DNA from: Podarcis muralis
Lineage: Eukaryota
NCBI RefSeq assembly: GCF_964188315.1
Contig: NC_135667.1
Coordinates: 9,610,001-9,674,000, forward strand
Length of the DNA stretch: 64,000 nucleotides
Direction: 5' to 3'
Shown: positions 46,673 to 58,639 of the stretch, piece after piece
Position numbering within the stretch: position 1 is the stretch's first letter
Layout of the letters: each line of letters starts with the position of its first letter
The notes under the pieces: model-generated
What the model was told of the DNA's origin: nothing
Seen by the model: the letters and a program-made list of their open reading frames with translations, nothing else
Database searches by the model: none
Program-made: the position numbers and the translations under genes

Positions 46673-47620
46673 GTGATGACCATATCAAATACCTCAACGG
46701 TAGATGAATTTATTCTACTGGGAATTCCTTTCTTCCATGAGCTACACAGTATCTTCTTTGTAGTAGGTTTATGTATGTACATTATAACTATCCTAGGAAA
46801 TGGGTTCATCCCCATCATTGTAGTCATTGAACAAAAGCTTCAGACACCGATGTACAAATTCCTGAGCAATCTTGCTTTTCTGGAGATCTGCTACTCCACA
46901 ACAGTTGTCCCTAAGTTACTACAAACACTAATAAAAGCACAAACCACTATTTGTTTCTATTGCTGCATGACTCAGAATCTGTTCCATTTTATTTTTGGCG
47001 GTACAGAGCTTTTAATCCTCACGGTGATGTCCTTTGACCGCTATTTGGCCATATGCAAGCCTCTTCAGTACCCCATGATTATGACCAAGAATGTTTGTAT
47101 TCAGATGTCCTTGGCTACCTGGTATGGATCATTCATCATTATGTTTCTTCAGTGTGCTATTATGTGGATGTTGCCTTACTGTAAGTCCAATACCATTGAC
47201 CACTTCTACTGTGATTTTGGTCCATTGTTAAAACTAGCCTGTTCTGACACCAGCGTCAGTCAGTTACTGGGATTTATCAGTTCCATTGTGTTTGTCATCA
47301 TGACCTTGATCTTCAACACAGTGTCCTACATCTTCATCATTTCCTCTATCCTTCGGATACCTTCAGTCAGGGGTCGCAAGAAGGCATTCTCCACCTATAC
47401 ATCTCACCTGATTGTTGTTTCTATACTGTATGGAGCCTTGATCTTCATTTATGTCAGGTCCAATGTCCTTGCCCAATCTCGCCTGAGCAGAGTAGTAGCA
47501 GTTTTGAACACTGTCCTCATTCCAATGCTAAATCCTTTCATATATACAATAAGGAATGCAGACGTGAAAGCTGCTGTCAGGAGTGCTATCCATAAAAAGA
47601 GTGCGGCCCTCAAAAAATGA
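46673..47620 (+). CDS. Olfactory receptor, OR6X1-like, intact ORF (315 aa)
   Basis: LQTPMYKFLSN, MSFDRYLAIC, KAFSTYTSHL (C to Y), PMLNPFIYTIRN. Confidence 0.92.
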   Translation: MMTISNTSTVDEFILLGIPFFHELHSIFFVVGLCMYIITILGNGFIPIIVVIEQKLQTPMYKFLSNLAFLEICYSTTVVPKLLQTLIKAQTTICFYCCMTQNLFHFIFGGTELLILTVMSFDRYLAICKPLQYPMIMTKNVCIQMSLATWYGSFIIMFLQCAIMWMLPYCKSNTIDHFYCDFGPLLKLACSDTSVSQLLGFISSIVFVIMTLIFNTVSYIFIISSILRIPSVRGRKKAFSTYTSHLIVVSILYGALIFIYVRSNVLAQSRLSRVVAVLNTVLIPMLNPFIYTIRNADVKAAVRSAIHKKSAALKK

Positions 47621-48009
47621 TTTTTAAAATGTGCTTCAAAAAACTGGCTGGTAAAAGTTGTCTTGTGAGAATCCTGAAGATTGAGACATTAGTATTTGAC
47701 ATGGATGATGAGTGCAATGCTAGGGGCAAAGAAAATCTTAGCTTAGTGTTAAAGGCACACTGTAGGGTATGTTCAAAAATATAATGCACAATAATGGTAA
47801 TATTATAATAGAATTTGCTGCAGTGTAGATCTTTCACTAATGCTAGCCATATTACAGTTATTACTAACTATGATTGCCAATGGTTGTGCTATTATGTCAT
47901 TGTTATTATTGGGTTGTATCAAAGGCTAGTTCTACTAAGAGGAGACCCATTAAGGTTAATGAACATGACTAACTTAGATTCATTAACTTCAGTGGGTGTA
48001 CTCTAAGCA

Positions 48010-48260
48010 GAACTAGCATTCTGCTTGGCTGTACTCCTGGATCCATTGCTGTTGCTTGAAACTCAGGTAGCCTCAGTGGCTCGGAGTGCCTTCCATCAGC
48101 TTCGGCTGGTGGCCCAGCCTAACTTCTGTTGTCTGCTCTGGAAGCCTCTAGGTTACATTACTGCTATACATTATATGTGCAACTGCCTCTGAAGACAGCT
48201 CAGAAACTTCAGCTGGTACAGAATTTAGCAGCCAGGTTGCTCACTAGGGCAAGAAGAAGG
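48010..48260 (+). mobile_element. L2-clade LINE fragment
   Basis: Degenerate QV.SVARSAF.QL and KLQLVQN.AARLLT remnants; boundaries approximate. Confidence 0.6.
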
Positions 48261-50285
48261 CTGCCCTAAACAAACAAACAAACAAACAAACAAACAAACA
48301 AACAAACACTTAAAACATCAATCAACATCTCCTTAGAATTTCAGTCCCACACCAATATTCTGATGTTTGGTTCATGTTACCAAGTGAAGTCTTCAAGTAG
48401 TTTTAACACTGAGAGTTACTAATCTTCTATTGTTTCATGCTCTAAAGTGATGACATTTATTTTAAATCTGTTTTTATATTTTTGTATGATCTGAAAAACC
48501 TTTTAGACTTGAACTGTGCAGTGCAAATGTATGTAAACTGATTAAAGAATATGTGTGTTTGTGCGACCCAAGTTCTTCAGTTGTTGCTTGTTGTTGGATA
48601 GAATTGTGGGACAACATAATTTGTTGAAAGATCCTTATTAAATCACGAAAGTGACACTTTTATTTAGTCATGACCTATGGATTGTTTTTATAAAAAGAAA
48701 CAACTGCTCTGAAAACTAAACCTTATTGCTACTAATTAAGTCAGGGGCTGGTGGGTGGAAATAGCATTGGTGGAAAACCTCCCCTTCTCTATGGTCCCAC
48801 CATGCCCCTAAAATGCCCCCTTTCATTAGGGTTGCCATATTTCAAAAAGTGAAAATCTGGACACAAATTCACTGCAGCAATTTCTGACCGAACACTGCTT
48901 CCATAAGTCTTCTATTTTATCCAGGTGGAAATTACCATGGGTAATTATTTTTCTATTGTTTGTTCTTTCTTCATCTAAATCATCTCACTCAACAAACAGG
49001 TGCTTTCCAGATGTTTTGCACTACAACTTTCAACAGCCCCAGTCAGCATGGCTGATGATCAGGGATAATGGGAGACATAGCCAAGGGGACCAGATCTGGG
49101 AAAGCTATTCTAAAGTATTAGTTGACTTTTATTAAGGAAGTCTTGAAATTCCCCAAATGGGTATTCAGCAGATGAGTAAGCCACCTTCCCATTTGCCTTT
49201 CTCATGTGAGTTTGCAAAGTTCAATCTGCAGAAAACTTTCTACCTGTTAATGAATCTTGTTAATAGCCATTGGAGAACCCTGCATTATTGGAAGTTTGCC
49301 ATGTCCCTTGAGAAACATGAAGACTTCTGTGTTCCAAGACATATTTAATAAAATGTATTTTAAGTCCCATGTTCCAAGATTTGGACAAGCGCTTCTTGTT
49401 AAAAAGTAGACAAATGGAACAATCAATTTCTTGGAAGACAAAAGCTAAGCTGTCAAGAAGGACATCTTGTTACAAACTGTACAAACGGTAACATTCAAAC
49501 ATTTTAGGAAAAACCTGCATTTGAATCATTTATGCCCATCCAAAACGTCTCTAAAAACAGAGAATGGAAGATGTACAGCAAAAACACTTAGGGGTGAGTG
49601 GAATCACTATTATTTAAGTGTGGCTAATTTTACAAAATGTCAGTGTGGAAGCCCATTTGACATTTGCTGAAGGTTGCTTTTTAGTGTTTTGGTTATCAAT
49701 TCTTTTTCCTTTTATTTATTCGTTAATGGCTGGTTGCATTGTATTTTTCCTTCTTTTGCAGCACATTTCTTCTCCGAATTCAAGATCATGAGGAACTTCC
49801 CATTATTAAAACAAGTGGGTAATTATCCACCTAACAGTAAGTAGCGATACTTTCAGTGTATGCAAATCATGTGAATATTTCACTAACACGAAAAGTGTCA
49901 GAGAACTTCATAACTTTTGGTGTAAATTTAATATCATGGCCTTAACCCCAAATATCCCCTTAATTGCTGAAAATGTCTTTTTAACTCCCCTTGCGTCCAT
50001 GTTTTTAGCAAGTTACCTGGACTCAGGTTACACTCCACCACCCAGCGTTACCAATAGCCAGGGATGACAGAAGTTGTCACTTTATTTGGTCTACAGACCA
50101 TAGACATCAAATATGGTTGTAAAAGGGACATTCCCCACCACTGTTTTAAGGCGTTGTAAATTATATAACTGGGTATTTATTTTTTGTGTATTTACTAAAT
50201 TTATATCCTGCACTTCCAAAGCAAACCATAAGGTATCCATAAGCAACATATTTGCTTAAAATGTTCTTAATTATTTGGCTAACAG

Positions 50286-50340
<55 letters not shown>

Positions 50341-51202
50341 CTTCTATATTTCTTTAGTCAAAAAGTCTGCTGTCTAAATATGAAAACAATAACATCTTGA
50401 GCTGCTGCATCTTTCAAAGTCCAATAAATCTACAATTTTGCTTGATATATACTGCTGGTACTTCCAAGGAAGCCTTCCTTCATGAGTTCATTTGTTCATT
50501 TTTTCCCTTCTTTCTAATACTCCTTCCGAGATTTAATTAAAATGAATCACATTGAATCGATTTTAGAAGTTCTACTGCTATTTTGATCATCCTCAGTTTA
50601 AATGACTTTTAACTGGTGGTACATCGTTAGGTTATTTTATATATATATATAATAATAAAACTTTTACACGGGAAGACACCCGAGGACACCAAAACCTGCA
50701 TAATAATAAAAAACTTCCACTACAGATATGCCATTCCCACTCCCCCACCCCCCAGCATCCCTAGGCAGTCTAATTCTATATAAGCTTGTTGCTTGCATCC
50801 ATCTATCACTGTGTTACCAGCACCGAAGTGACCTCCATGGAGCACAGGTTTAGGCAGTGTGTATGGAGGTCCTGGACTGCCCAGATGACAAGACCCCCTT
50901 CTCAGCCTCACTGATGTGGTCCAAAGGAAATCAGAGTGATACGTTTGGCACCAGATGCCTGCACAAGTTGCCAGAAGATGATGTACAAGGTGCCATCCAA
51001 CCATTTTAGGGACTCCACTCTGGGTTTGTGTGGTGTTTTCTCCTTAGTATTTTCTTCTCCTGAAGATATCCTGCAAGGCAATGGGGGTTTAGGATCAGAG
51101 TTGTCCTTCTCCTAGATGGGAACCCAGGGTCCTTCTTATACATGGACATTTGGGATGTCCTCCAAGACACAAATGAGGATTATTTGATGGTGATTTCCAC
51201 TG

Positions 51203-52144
51203 ATGAATACATCAACAGTGACTGAATTTATCCTTCTTGGGTTTCCTTTACTACCTGATCTTCACAGAATCTTCTTCGTTGTGGGTTTATTCATGTATAT
51301 CGTAGCCATCATTGGGAATGGCTGCATCCCCATCATTGTGGCCTTCATACCAAGGCTTCAGACACCAATGTACATCTTCTTGAGCAACCTTGCCTTTCTG
51401 GAGATGTGCTACACCACTACAGTTGTACCTAAGTTGCTGCAGGCCCTTTTAGAAAGACAGACCACTATTTGTTTCTATTGTTGTATGGCCCAGAACTTCT
51501 TCCACTTCATGCTGGGAACTACGGAGCTTTTTATCATCACGGCCATGTCATTTGACCGCTATTTAGCCATATGCAAGCCACTTCGTTACCCAATGATTAT
51601 GACCAACAATGTTTGTATTCAAATGTCCCTGGCCACCTGGTATGGGGGATTTATTATTATGATTTTTCAGCTACCCATCTTGTGGACGTTGCCGTTCTGC
51701 AGTTCTAATGTCATTGACCATTTCTACTGTGATTTTGGCCCCATGCTAAGCATAGCTTGTGCCGATACCACCCCCAGTCAGTTGCTGGAACTGTTGAGCT
51801 CCATCCTATTTATTCTCTCAACCTTCTCTTTAAACATTCTGTCTTATGTCTTTATTATCTCAACCATACTTCGCATACCCTCTGCTTTAGGGCGCAAGAA
51901 GGCATTCTCCACCTGTGTGTCTCATCTGATTGTGGTGTCTATTTTGTACGGTGCTCTCATCTTTGTGTATGTGAGGCCCAGCGTCCTGCACCCATCCCCA
52001 GGAACTAGGGTTGTAGCAGTCTTGAACACTATCCTCACCCCAATGTTGAATCCTTTCATATATACCATAAGGAACACAGAAGTGAAAGAGGCTGTCAGGA
52101 GTGCAATCCATAAAAAGAGGTGGATCCTGAAAGAAGGCATTTAA
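51203..52144 (+). CDS. Olfactory receptor, OR6X1-like, intact (313 aa)
   Basis: LQTPMYIFLSN, MSFDRYLAIC, KAFSTCVSHL, PMLNPFIYTIRN. Confidence 0.93.
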   Translation: MNTSTVTEFILLGFPLLPDLHRIFFVVGLFMYIVAIIGNGCIPIIVAFIPRLQTPMYIFLSNLAFLEMCYTTTVVPKLLQALLERQTTICFYCCMAQNFFHFMLGTTELFIITAMSFDRYLAICKPLRYPMIMTNNVCIQMSLATWYGGFIIMIFQLPILWTLPFCSSNVIDHFYCDFGPMLSIACADTTPSQLLELLSSILFILSTFSLNILSYVFIISTILRIPSALGRKKAFSTCVSHLIVVSILYGALIFVYVRPSVLHPSPGTRVVAVLNTILTPMLNPFIYTIRNTEVKEAVRSAIHKKRWILKEGI

Positions 52145-52388
52145 AATGCATTCCAAAGGGAAGAATTGGTGAAGTTCAGATTACTGATGGAATTATGCAT
52201 ATGGATTACTCCTCATTCCTATTTCTCTCATTAATCTCAATGAGAAGTGAGGTTCAAATCAAATACCTTTTTTGGCATCACAGTATAAAACATTTAAAAT
52301 CAGTGGAATAATTAAAAGGACAAGGGTGAAGCTGTTGAAGATCATAAGAAATATATATTTTTTTAAAAAATGTCCAGTAGCACCTTAG

Positions 52389-52637
52389 AGAAGAAGAAGA
52401 AGAGAAGAAGAGTTTGGATTTGATATCCCGCCTTTCACTCCCCTTCAGGAGTCTCAAAGCGGCTAACATTCTCCTTTCCCTTCCTCCCCCACAACAAACA
52501 CTCTGTGAGGTGAGTGGGGCTGAGAGACTTCAAAGAAGTGTGACTGGCCCAAGGTCACCCAGCAGCTGCATGTGGAGGAGCGGAGACGCGAACCCGGTTC
52601 CCCAGATTACGAGACTTAACCACTACACCACACTGGC
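52389..52637 (-). mobile_element. Squam3-type SINE inserted into a Penelope terminal fragment
   Basis: Near-identical to 4349-4643; the flanks join into CCAGTAGCACCTTAGAGA...TAAGTTTGTTCTTGGTAT, matching 57983-58026. Confidence 0.78.
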
Positions 52638-52799
52638 TCTTAAGTTTGTTCTTGGTATAAGCTTTCGTGTGCATGCAAACTTCTTCAGGTATCTATATTG
52701 GCTGCCTCAGACCAACATGACTACCTACCTGAATCGAAGATCATAAGGTGACACTGTGATCGTGTGCACTTATACATTCTGCTTCACCCTGTCTGTTCC

Positions 52800-53085
52800 C
52801 TGAAAGGATGGTTCGTTAGGAACCCTTTCAGGTAAAATTATGGCTAAAAAGGAAGCTACTAAAGCAGTGGTATCTTGGTCCCGATCTGCCAGGAAAAACC
52901 TCGTTTGGCTTCTTCTTGGAGTTATAGGCCGGAGAGCCAACATTTTGCTCAGCATCAGTTGGCGAGGTCTACTGTGTAGAGAGCAATCTAAGAGAATATG
53001 TTCTGCTGAATCAGGTACTTCTTGGTTGCAGGCACACCGGCGGGCTTGATATGGAGTATGTGATAATCTGCCTTTGGTCACTGCA
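52800..53085 (-). mobile_element. Non-LTR retrotransposon C-terminal fragment with CCHC motif
   Basis: RRCACNQEVPDSAEHILLDC; boundaries approximate. Confidence 0.6.
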
Positions 53086-54193
53086 GAAGGGAAAGCAAGT
53101 GAGGTTTTTCCTCCTATCTCTGCTAAAAATACAAACAAATCCTGAAAAGTATATGCGTTGTTACAAATATTTTTATATGAATGACATTCTGTATACTGTA
53201 TATTACACACACACACACTATAAAAACAGCACAAAAATTATATACAACAATGTCTATAGCTATATGAAAAAATTAGGCATCAATATGTTTATTCAGTTAT
53301 GAATAATAAATATAGCACAGCATATTATTTGTATTATGTGTGTAACGGATTGATTTTTGTGTATACCTTGCCATATAATTAGACTTAAGGGGTGGGTGGG
53401 TATTTAAAAATGACAATGCAGAAGTATTTTGGGTGCAAGTGGACACTTGATGTTAAGAGGTGGTCCAAGACAAGCAAAACTTGATAGAGTCGGAACCACC
53501 GAATGCCATGAGTAAATTCATTTTGAATAGATTTGCCTCCACTCTTATGCAAATTGAGAAAGAAGCAGACTAGTGGCTTATACACACCTCCTTTTGCTTT
53601 GCCACCTTCCCTCTGGGGAAACCCATTTTTTTTAGTGCTGAATCGGAACAAAGAACAATAGGGTTTTCTGCAGATTGCAGTTTGTTCTGGTATAGCACTA
53701 AAGAACAGATTTTCCCAGGGGAGAGCAATTGGGACAAAGGCAAAACTGTTCAGACCCATGCCTAGAAAGAGGCAAACTGCTTGTACAAGGCCCAACAAAA
53801 AAGAAGAGTAGATAAGCCCTAACATTAGAACTATTGTGGGAGAGGGAGGGAATAGGGAGACTAGAAACAGAACCCTATGGAAAGGAGGAAGGTGCCTTAC
53901 ACTAAGTCAGGCCATCTAGCTCACAACTGTCTACACTGGCAGCAGCTCTCCAGGGTTCAGAAAAGGGTCATCCTCCCAGCCCCAACTGGGTTAACCTAGA
54001 GTTTTGTGGGGAATCATTCTGAAAACTGGTGATGTGTAAAGAGATACCCCAGGGGAAAGGAGTAATAATAGGCTGCCAATGAGCATTGAAGCTGAGAGCT
54101 TCCTTGATTGATAGGCAGGTTCGGTTGAGTGGAGGGGTGGTACCAGATGTATAGAGGGAAGGGAGAAAACCTTTATAAAAATATTAATAATGC

Positions 54194-56129
54194 GGGGCTT
54201 CCGGGTTAGCGCCATCGTCTAATGGCGGATTCCCTCCGAGCTCCGGAGGGAATCGGCTCAGTAGGAGACGGGTCCTGCCGTGGCGACGACGCGGGGACCC
54301 TCAGAAAGCACAGACGCTGAAGCCTATGGACCTGGTGACTCGGCGGGCACCATTTGCGCCCTCCCCGACCTGAGAAGGAGCCTTTTTAAAGGCTTCGGAA
54401 CAGGGGACAGGGAGCGGCCTGGTGCTGAGAGTCGACTGCTTCTCCTACGGAGTGAAGCCGCATGCCATGGTCGGAGAGCGCTGACTTCTACCTTTGAACA
54501 TTTGGACTAAAAGTAACAACCCGTGAGTAATACGGAAATCGGATTTATAAAAGGAAAATTTTTGTTTGAATTCGGCACGATCGGGGAAGGCGCAAAGAGG
54601 AAGTCCGTCTCCCCGCCTTGTAAACAACTTGAAGCAAGGACTAGATAACTAAGGTTGAGAGAACATCTTCTTTTTATTGGATAAAATTATTAATTGCACG
54701 ATTTGGCAGTATAAGCAATCTTGCTGGAGGATAAGAGTTAACTTTGAGAGCTGAAGTGCCACCCCCCACCCCCCGGGGACCTGGGAGTGATTCGCGAGAG
54801 AGAGCCTGTTGAGGAGACATAGAAGATTTTGACAGCTGTCAAACTAGCTGTCAAAGTTGGAAAAAAATAGAGAACTTTGTTTCTGTTGTCTTTGCTGGTT
54901 ATATTTGCTACAATATAGTTATAAATTGTTGGAAACAAAGAAGAACTGAAACAAATTAACTTGACTTTTGGGTTGGAACTGGAAGGAATACTAAATAACC
55001 AGAATCCCTCTAGAGGGGGTTCAGAGACATTACAAGAATGGCTGCAGGTGGAAAAATACAGGCTGAACTGGACAAGGCTTTTTTTCTCTTGGGAAAGTTG
55101 CAAGAGCAAAGTGATGTTTTGGCTACAAGTGTCACAACTTTGACGTCAACAGTAAATAAACTTACTGAGTTGGATAAGGACTTGACTCAAAAAGTCCTGG
55201 CAGCTGAACAAGAAAAGAAATCTGAGAGATTGGAGGAAGTGGAGAAAGAGATATATGCTGATCAGGAGGAACAGGAAGGAGGGGCTCCAATGCTGCAGAT
55301 GGCAAAGGAGAGCCAGAGGCCTGTCAAGATGGATATAAAGGCAAATAAGGACTGGATGATGAAAATCTGGTTTGAATTGAAGAATGAAGAATGGAGAGAT
55401 CTCCTTTTGTGGAGATCTGAAGATCTATGGATTACAAATCTGATCAAGGTGGAAGCTGGAGCCTTTGGGACATTTGGACTTAAAAGGATTAAGAAACAAG
55501 ATTTGAGCTCCACTTTTAAATATGGAGGTCTGGCTGGAAGAAATATGGACATTATTGGGACAGAGCTTCTCCGAGATTTGGTGATTAATACAAAGGACTA
55601 TCAAAAAAACCGGCAGAGAGGAATTGAGAGAGAATTAAGAGCCTTGGACGTGAGGTCTCCAGGATGACAGCAGATGGACTGATGGACATTGGCTGGGGAT
55701 CGAAACCGGGAAAGGGAGGGTGGGGTTTGGGAATCCAAAGGGTGTACAATTATATCTTGATTTTTTTAAAAAAAAATTGTTTTGTTGTTAGTATAAAGAT
55801 GGGGAATTCGTGGAAGGGAATTTGGGTCGACCTTAGGAAAAGGTTTAAGAAGGAGTAATGACGTATAAAGATTGATGTATATAAGTTAAAATTGGATATA
55901 CAAAATGAATTAAATATTATAATGAACTAAATATAATAAGGTTAAAAATTGGGGACAAGAACTTGTTGAACTAACAATTGGAAATGGAATACAAGAAGGG
56001 GAGGCGTGGGGAAGTCGTGGAAATAGGTTATTGAAAATAAGGGTTGTAAACGTTGAGTGTTTTTAATTCTTTTTTTCTTTTTTCTTTTTTCTGGATTTTC
56101 TTGAAAATTTCAATAAATATCATTTTAAA
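54194..56129 (+). mobile_element. Non-autonomous L1-related element (5' UTR, ORF1-like ORF, 3' UTR/polyA, no ORF2)
   Basis: 5' UTR similar to that of 12264-14560 (GGCTTCCGG, TAATGGCGG, CTCCGAGCTCCGGAG), coiled-coil ORF 55038-55667, L1-type 3' end, 17-bp TSD AAAAATATTAATAATGC (54177-54193 and 56130-56146). Confidence 0.8.
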
Positions 56130-56241
56130 AAAAATATTAATAATGCAAGAGAGCAAGAATTCACAGAATGGAATCACAGGTACCCTTATGCTGAAGAAAG
56201 GAGCATGAAGCTTTAACCAAGTGAATTAAAGCTGGAGCTTG

Positions 56242-56242
<1 letters not shown>

Positions 56243-56290
<48 letters not shown>

Positions 56291-56415
56291 TTATTTATAC
56301 CTCGCCCATCTGGCTGGGTTTCCCCAGCCACTCTGGGCGGCTTCCAACAAAATATTAAAATGCAATAATCTATTAAACATTAAAAGCTTCCCTAAACAGG
56401 GCTGCCTTCAGATAT
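56243..56415 (-). mobile_element. L2-type 3' end with (ATT)n tail
   Basis: (AAT)n run followed by CGCCCATCTGGCTGGGTTTCCCCAGCCACTCTGGGCGG. Confidence 0.6.
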
Positions 56416-56444
56416 CTTCTAAAAGAGAGGGAAAAGCAACAGAT

Positions 56445-56482
<38 letters not shown>

Positions 56483-58022
56483 CACACACACACAACAGAG
56501 CATATGTGTGTCAGAAGAACATAAAAGAGAAATTTGTAGAAACCCAAGGGGGGGGAAATATAAGAAAACAGAGCGAATAAAAAAATGGCTCCTTCCATTT
56601 GCAGAAGGGCTCTGCTGAATAATAATCCAAAACATCTGAAGGACATCCATTTGGGGATCACTGTCCTAGAGGAAGGGTTGTTTACCTTTAAAGAAGTCAT
56701 TCTCACTGGAATTAATGTATAACTATACCAAGATTTCTTTGGGGAAAAGACAATGGAGGTTAATGGAAAGGGCAGAAATATCACACTATAGCGATAATAA
56801 TGCCAATGGCCTTAAGCAATCAATAGGTTCTTGGGGGTATAATATCTCATGAGAAATTATTGGAAAGTGAACAAATAGGGCATTTGGAATATTGAATACA
56901 ATAGCGATCCCTCCAGAAGTCATGTTTATCAAGAGGATTCTGCATCCAGCTAAGAGACAGAGCAGAACAGACACCAGATTTCTTTTGTAGTTGAATGAGA
57001 TTGAACAAGCATTTGACCTTTGGGATACTGTGGAAACATATGGAATGCAAGATGCAGACCATAGAGCCATTTGTGGATCAAGGCAAAGCATCTTAACTGT
57101 GTTGTCATTTTCACTACAGAATTTTAGCAAAAGGTAAGACTATGTCCTTTTCAAGCAGGTTGCTGGCTGCCAGGCATGCTGTCTGTCTTTTTTTAATGCC
57201 GTCCCTTTCTGTTCAGCTTTCTAGCAGGTGCTTTCCTTTCACATTGCTTTCTCCTTATTTATTTGCCTCTCCTACTTCTTGCCCCCATTTCCATTTTTTC
57301 CATTTCCCCTTTTTCTTCCCCTTTTCCATCTTCTCCCCTCTTTCTACCTCCTCTCCCCCCCCCCCCCCGTTTTGTTATGATCTTCTCATTTCCTTCCTTC
57401 CATTCTGAACAACAGCCTCAAATTCTTGTGGGTTTTGCCTCCAACCAAGCTGATATAGGCAGATTACAAGGTGTATGTGAGAGAGGAAGAGAGAGAGTAG
57501 GATATGCAGAATAATAATATGTAAATGTTCTCTTAACTCCCACATAGTTCAATGAGGTTTACTCTAAAACAAAATTACAGTAGAAGGAAAAAAGGGAAGG
57601 AGGGCGGGGAGATAGATAAAGGGGTGAATTGAATTAGCAATCTGAAAGATGCAACAATACAGTACTGGGTTGGGGGTGACATTCAGGCTTTGCACTTCCA
57701 CTGGCACTGTTTCCATCAAACACTTCCTACCTCCCTAATATTACTTTTAAAGCAGTCATGAACAAATCTGATTGATTTAAATTTATTGTGGGCTGGGGCA
57801 TATTTTGGCCATTCCTAAATTTGATTATATGTTAACTGAAAAGCTCCAGTTGATACAACAACATTTATCTTTCACTGTAGAAAAGCGAGAACATCCTGAT
57901 AAATAGAAGTGCACTCCAAAATATCTTCCAGTTACAGATAGGTAGCCGTGTTGGTCTGCCATAGTCAAAACAAAAAAAATTCCTTCCAGTAGCACCTTAA
58001 AGACCAACTAAGTTAGTTCTTG

Positions 58023-58060
58023 GTATGAGCTTTCGTGTGCATGCACACTTCTTCAGATAC
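58023..58060 (-). ncRNA. Minimal type-I hammerhead ribozyme motif
   Basis: GTAT-CTGAAGA-A-GTGTGC-AT-GCACAC-GAAA-GC-TC-ATAC: complete CUGANGA/GAAA core, helix II, helix I (GUAU/AUAC) and palindromic AGCU helix III. Confidence 0.75.
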
Positions 58061-58383
58061 ACTGAAACAGAAGTTGCCAGATCCTTCTATATAGTGAGAA
58101 GGTGGGGAGGGGTATTACTCAGAAGGGTGGTAAAACCAAACTTAAAACCACGGAGAGACCTGGTCTGAACAAAGATATTGGATTCTTATCTCATTATACA
58201 TGACAAAGCCATTTTTCACCTTCTCACCCCTTGCTTTTTCCTGTAAGACCTATTGCAGTCGTTAAGAGTCGTCAACAGGCTCATCACAGCTATCTGCCAA
58301 TCACCCATTCCCACCACCCTTCTGAGTAATACCCCTCCCCACCTTCTCACTATATAGAAGAATCTGGCAACTTCTGTTTCAGT

Positions 58384-58421
58384 GTATCTGAAGAAGTGTG
58401 CATGCACACGTAAGCTCATAC
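58384..58421 (+). ncRNA. Hammerhead motif copy with core mutation (GAAA to GTAA)
   Basis: Inverted copy of 58023-58060 with T at 58411. Confidence 0.6.
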
Positions 58422-58639
58422 CAAGAACTAACTTAGTTGGTCTTTAAGGTGCTACTGGAAGGAATTTTTTTTGTTTTTCCAAAATATCTGAATATGTATT
58501 TGTTTGTTTTTTCCTACACCCCCAGTTTCCATGCCAGTTGTTCTGAAGAAGGCTTCTTTGTGGATTTTAAAAATATTGGATATCTTCAGAGCCATACTAG
58601 TGGATTATTTGGGCTGTGTGCATTTGTGTGTTTGCTAAC

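Larger units (their letters stand above)
57925..58477. mobile_element. Penelope-like element remnant with inverted pseudo-LTR arms
   Basis: Inverted repeat of about 165 bp (57967-58131 and 58313-58477), each arm carrying a hammerhead motif; a typical reptile PLE terminus. Confidence 0.8.

Noticed and set aside
12247-56146. Two L1-type TSDs share TTAAT(A)ATGC, suggesting sequence-specific targeting
   Set aside because: Only two cases, AT-rich targets are expected for L1, and the other two L1 TSDs (AAGACTTCC, TTTCAGGTTTC) lack the motif.
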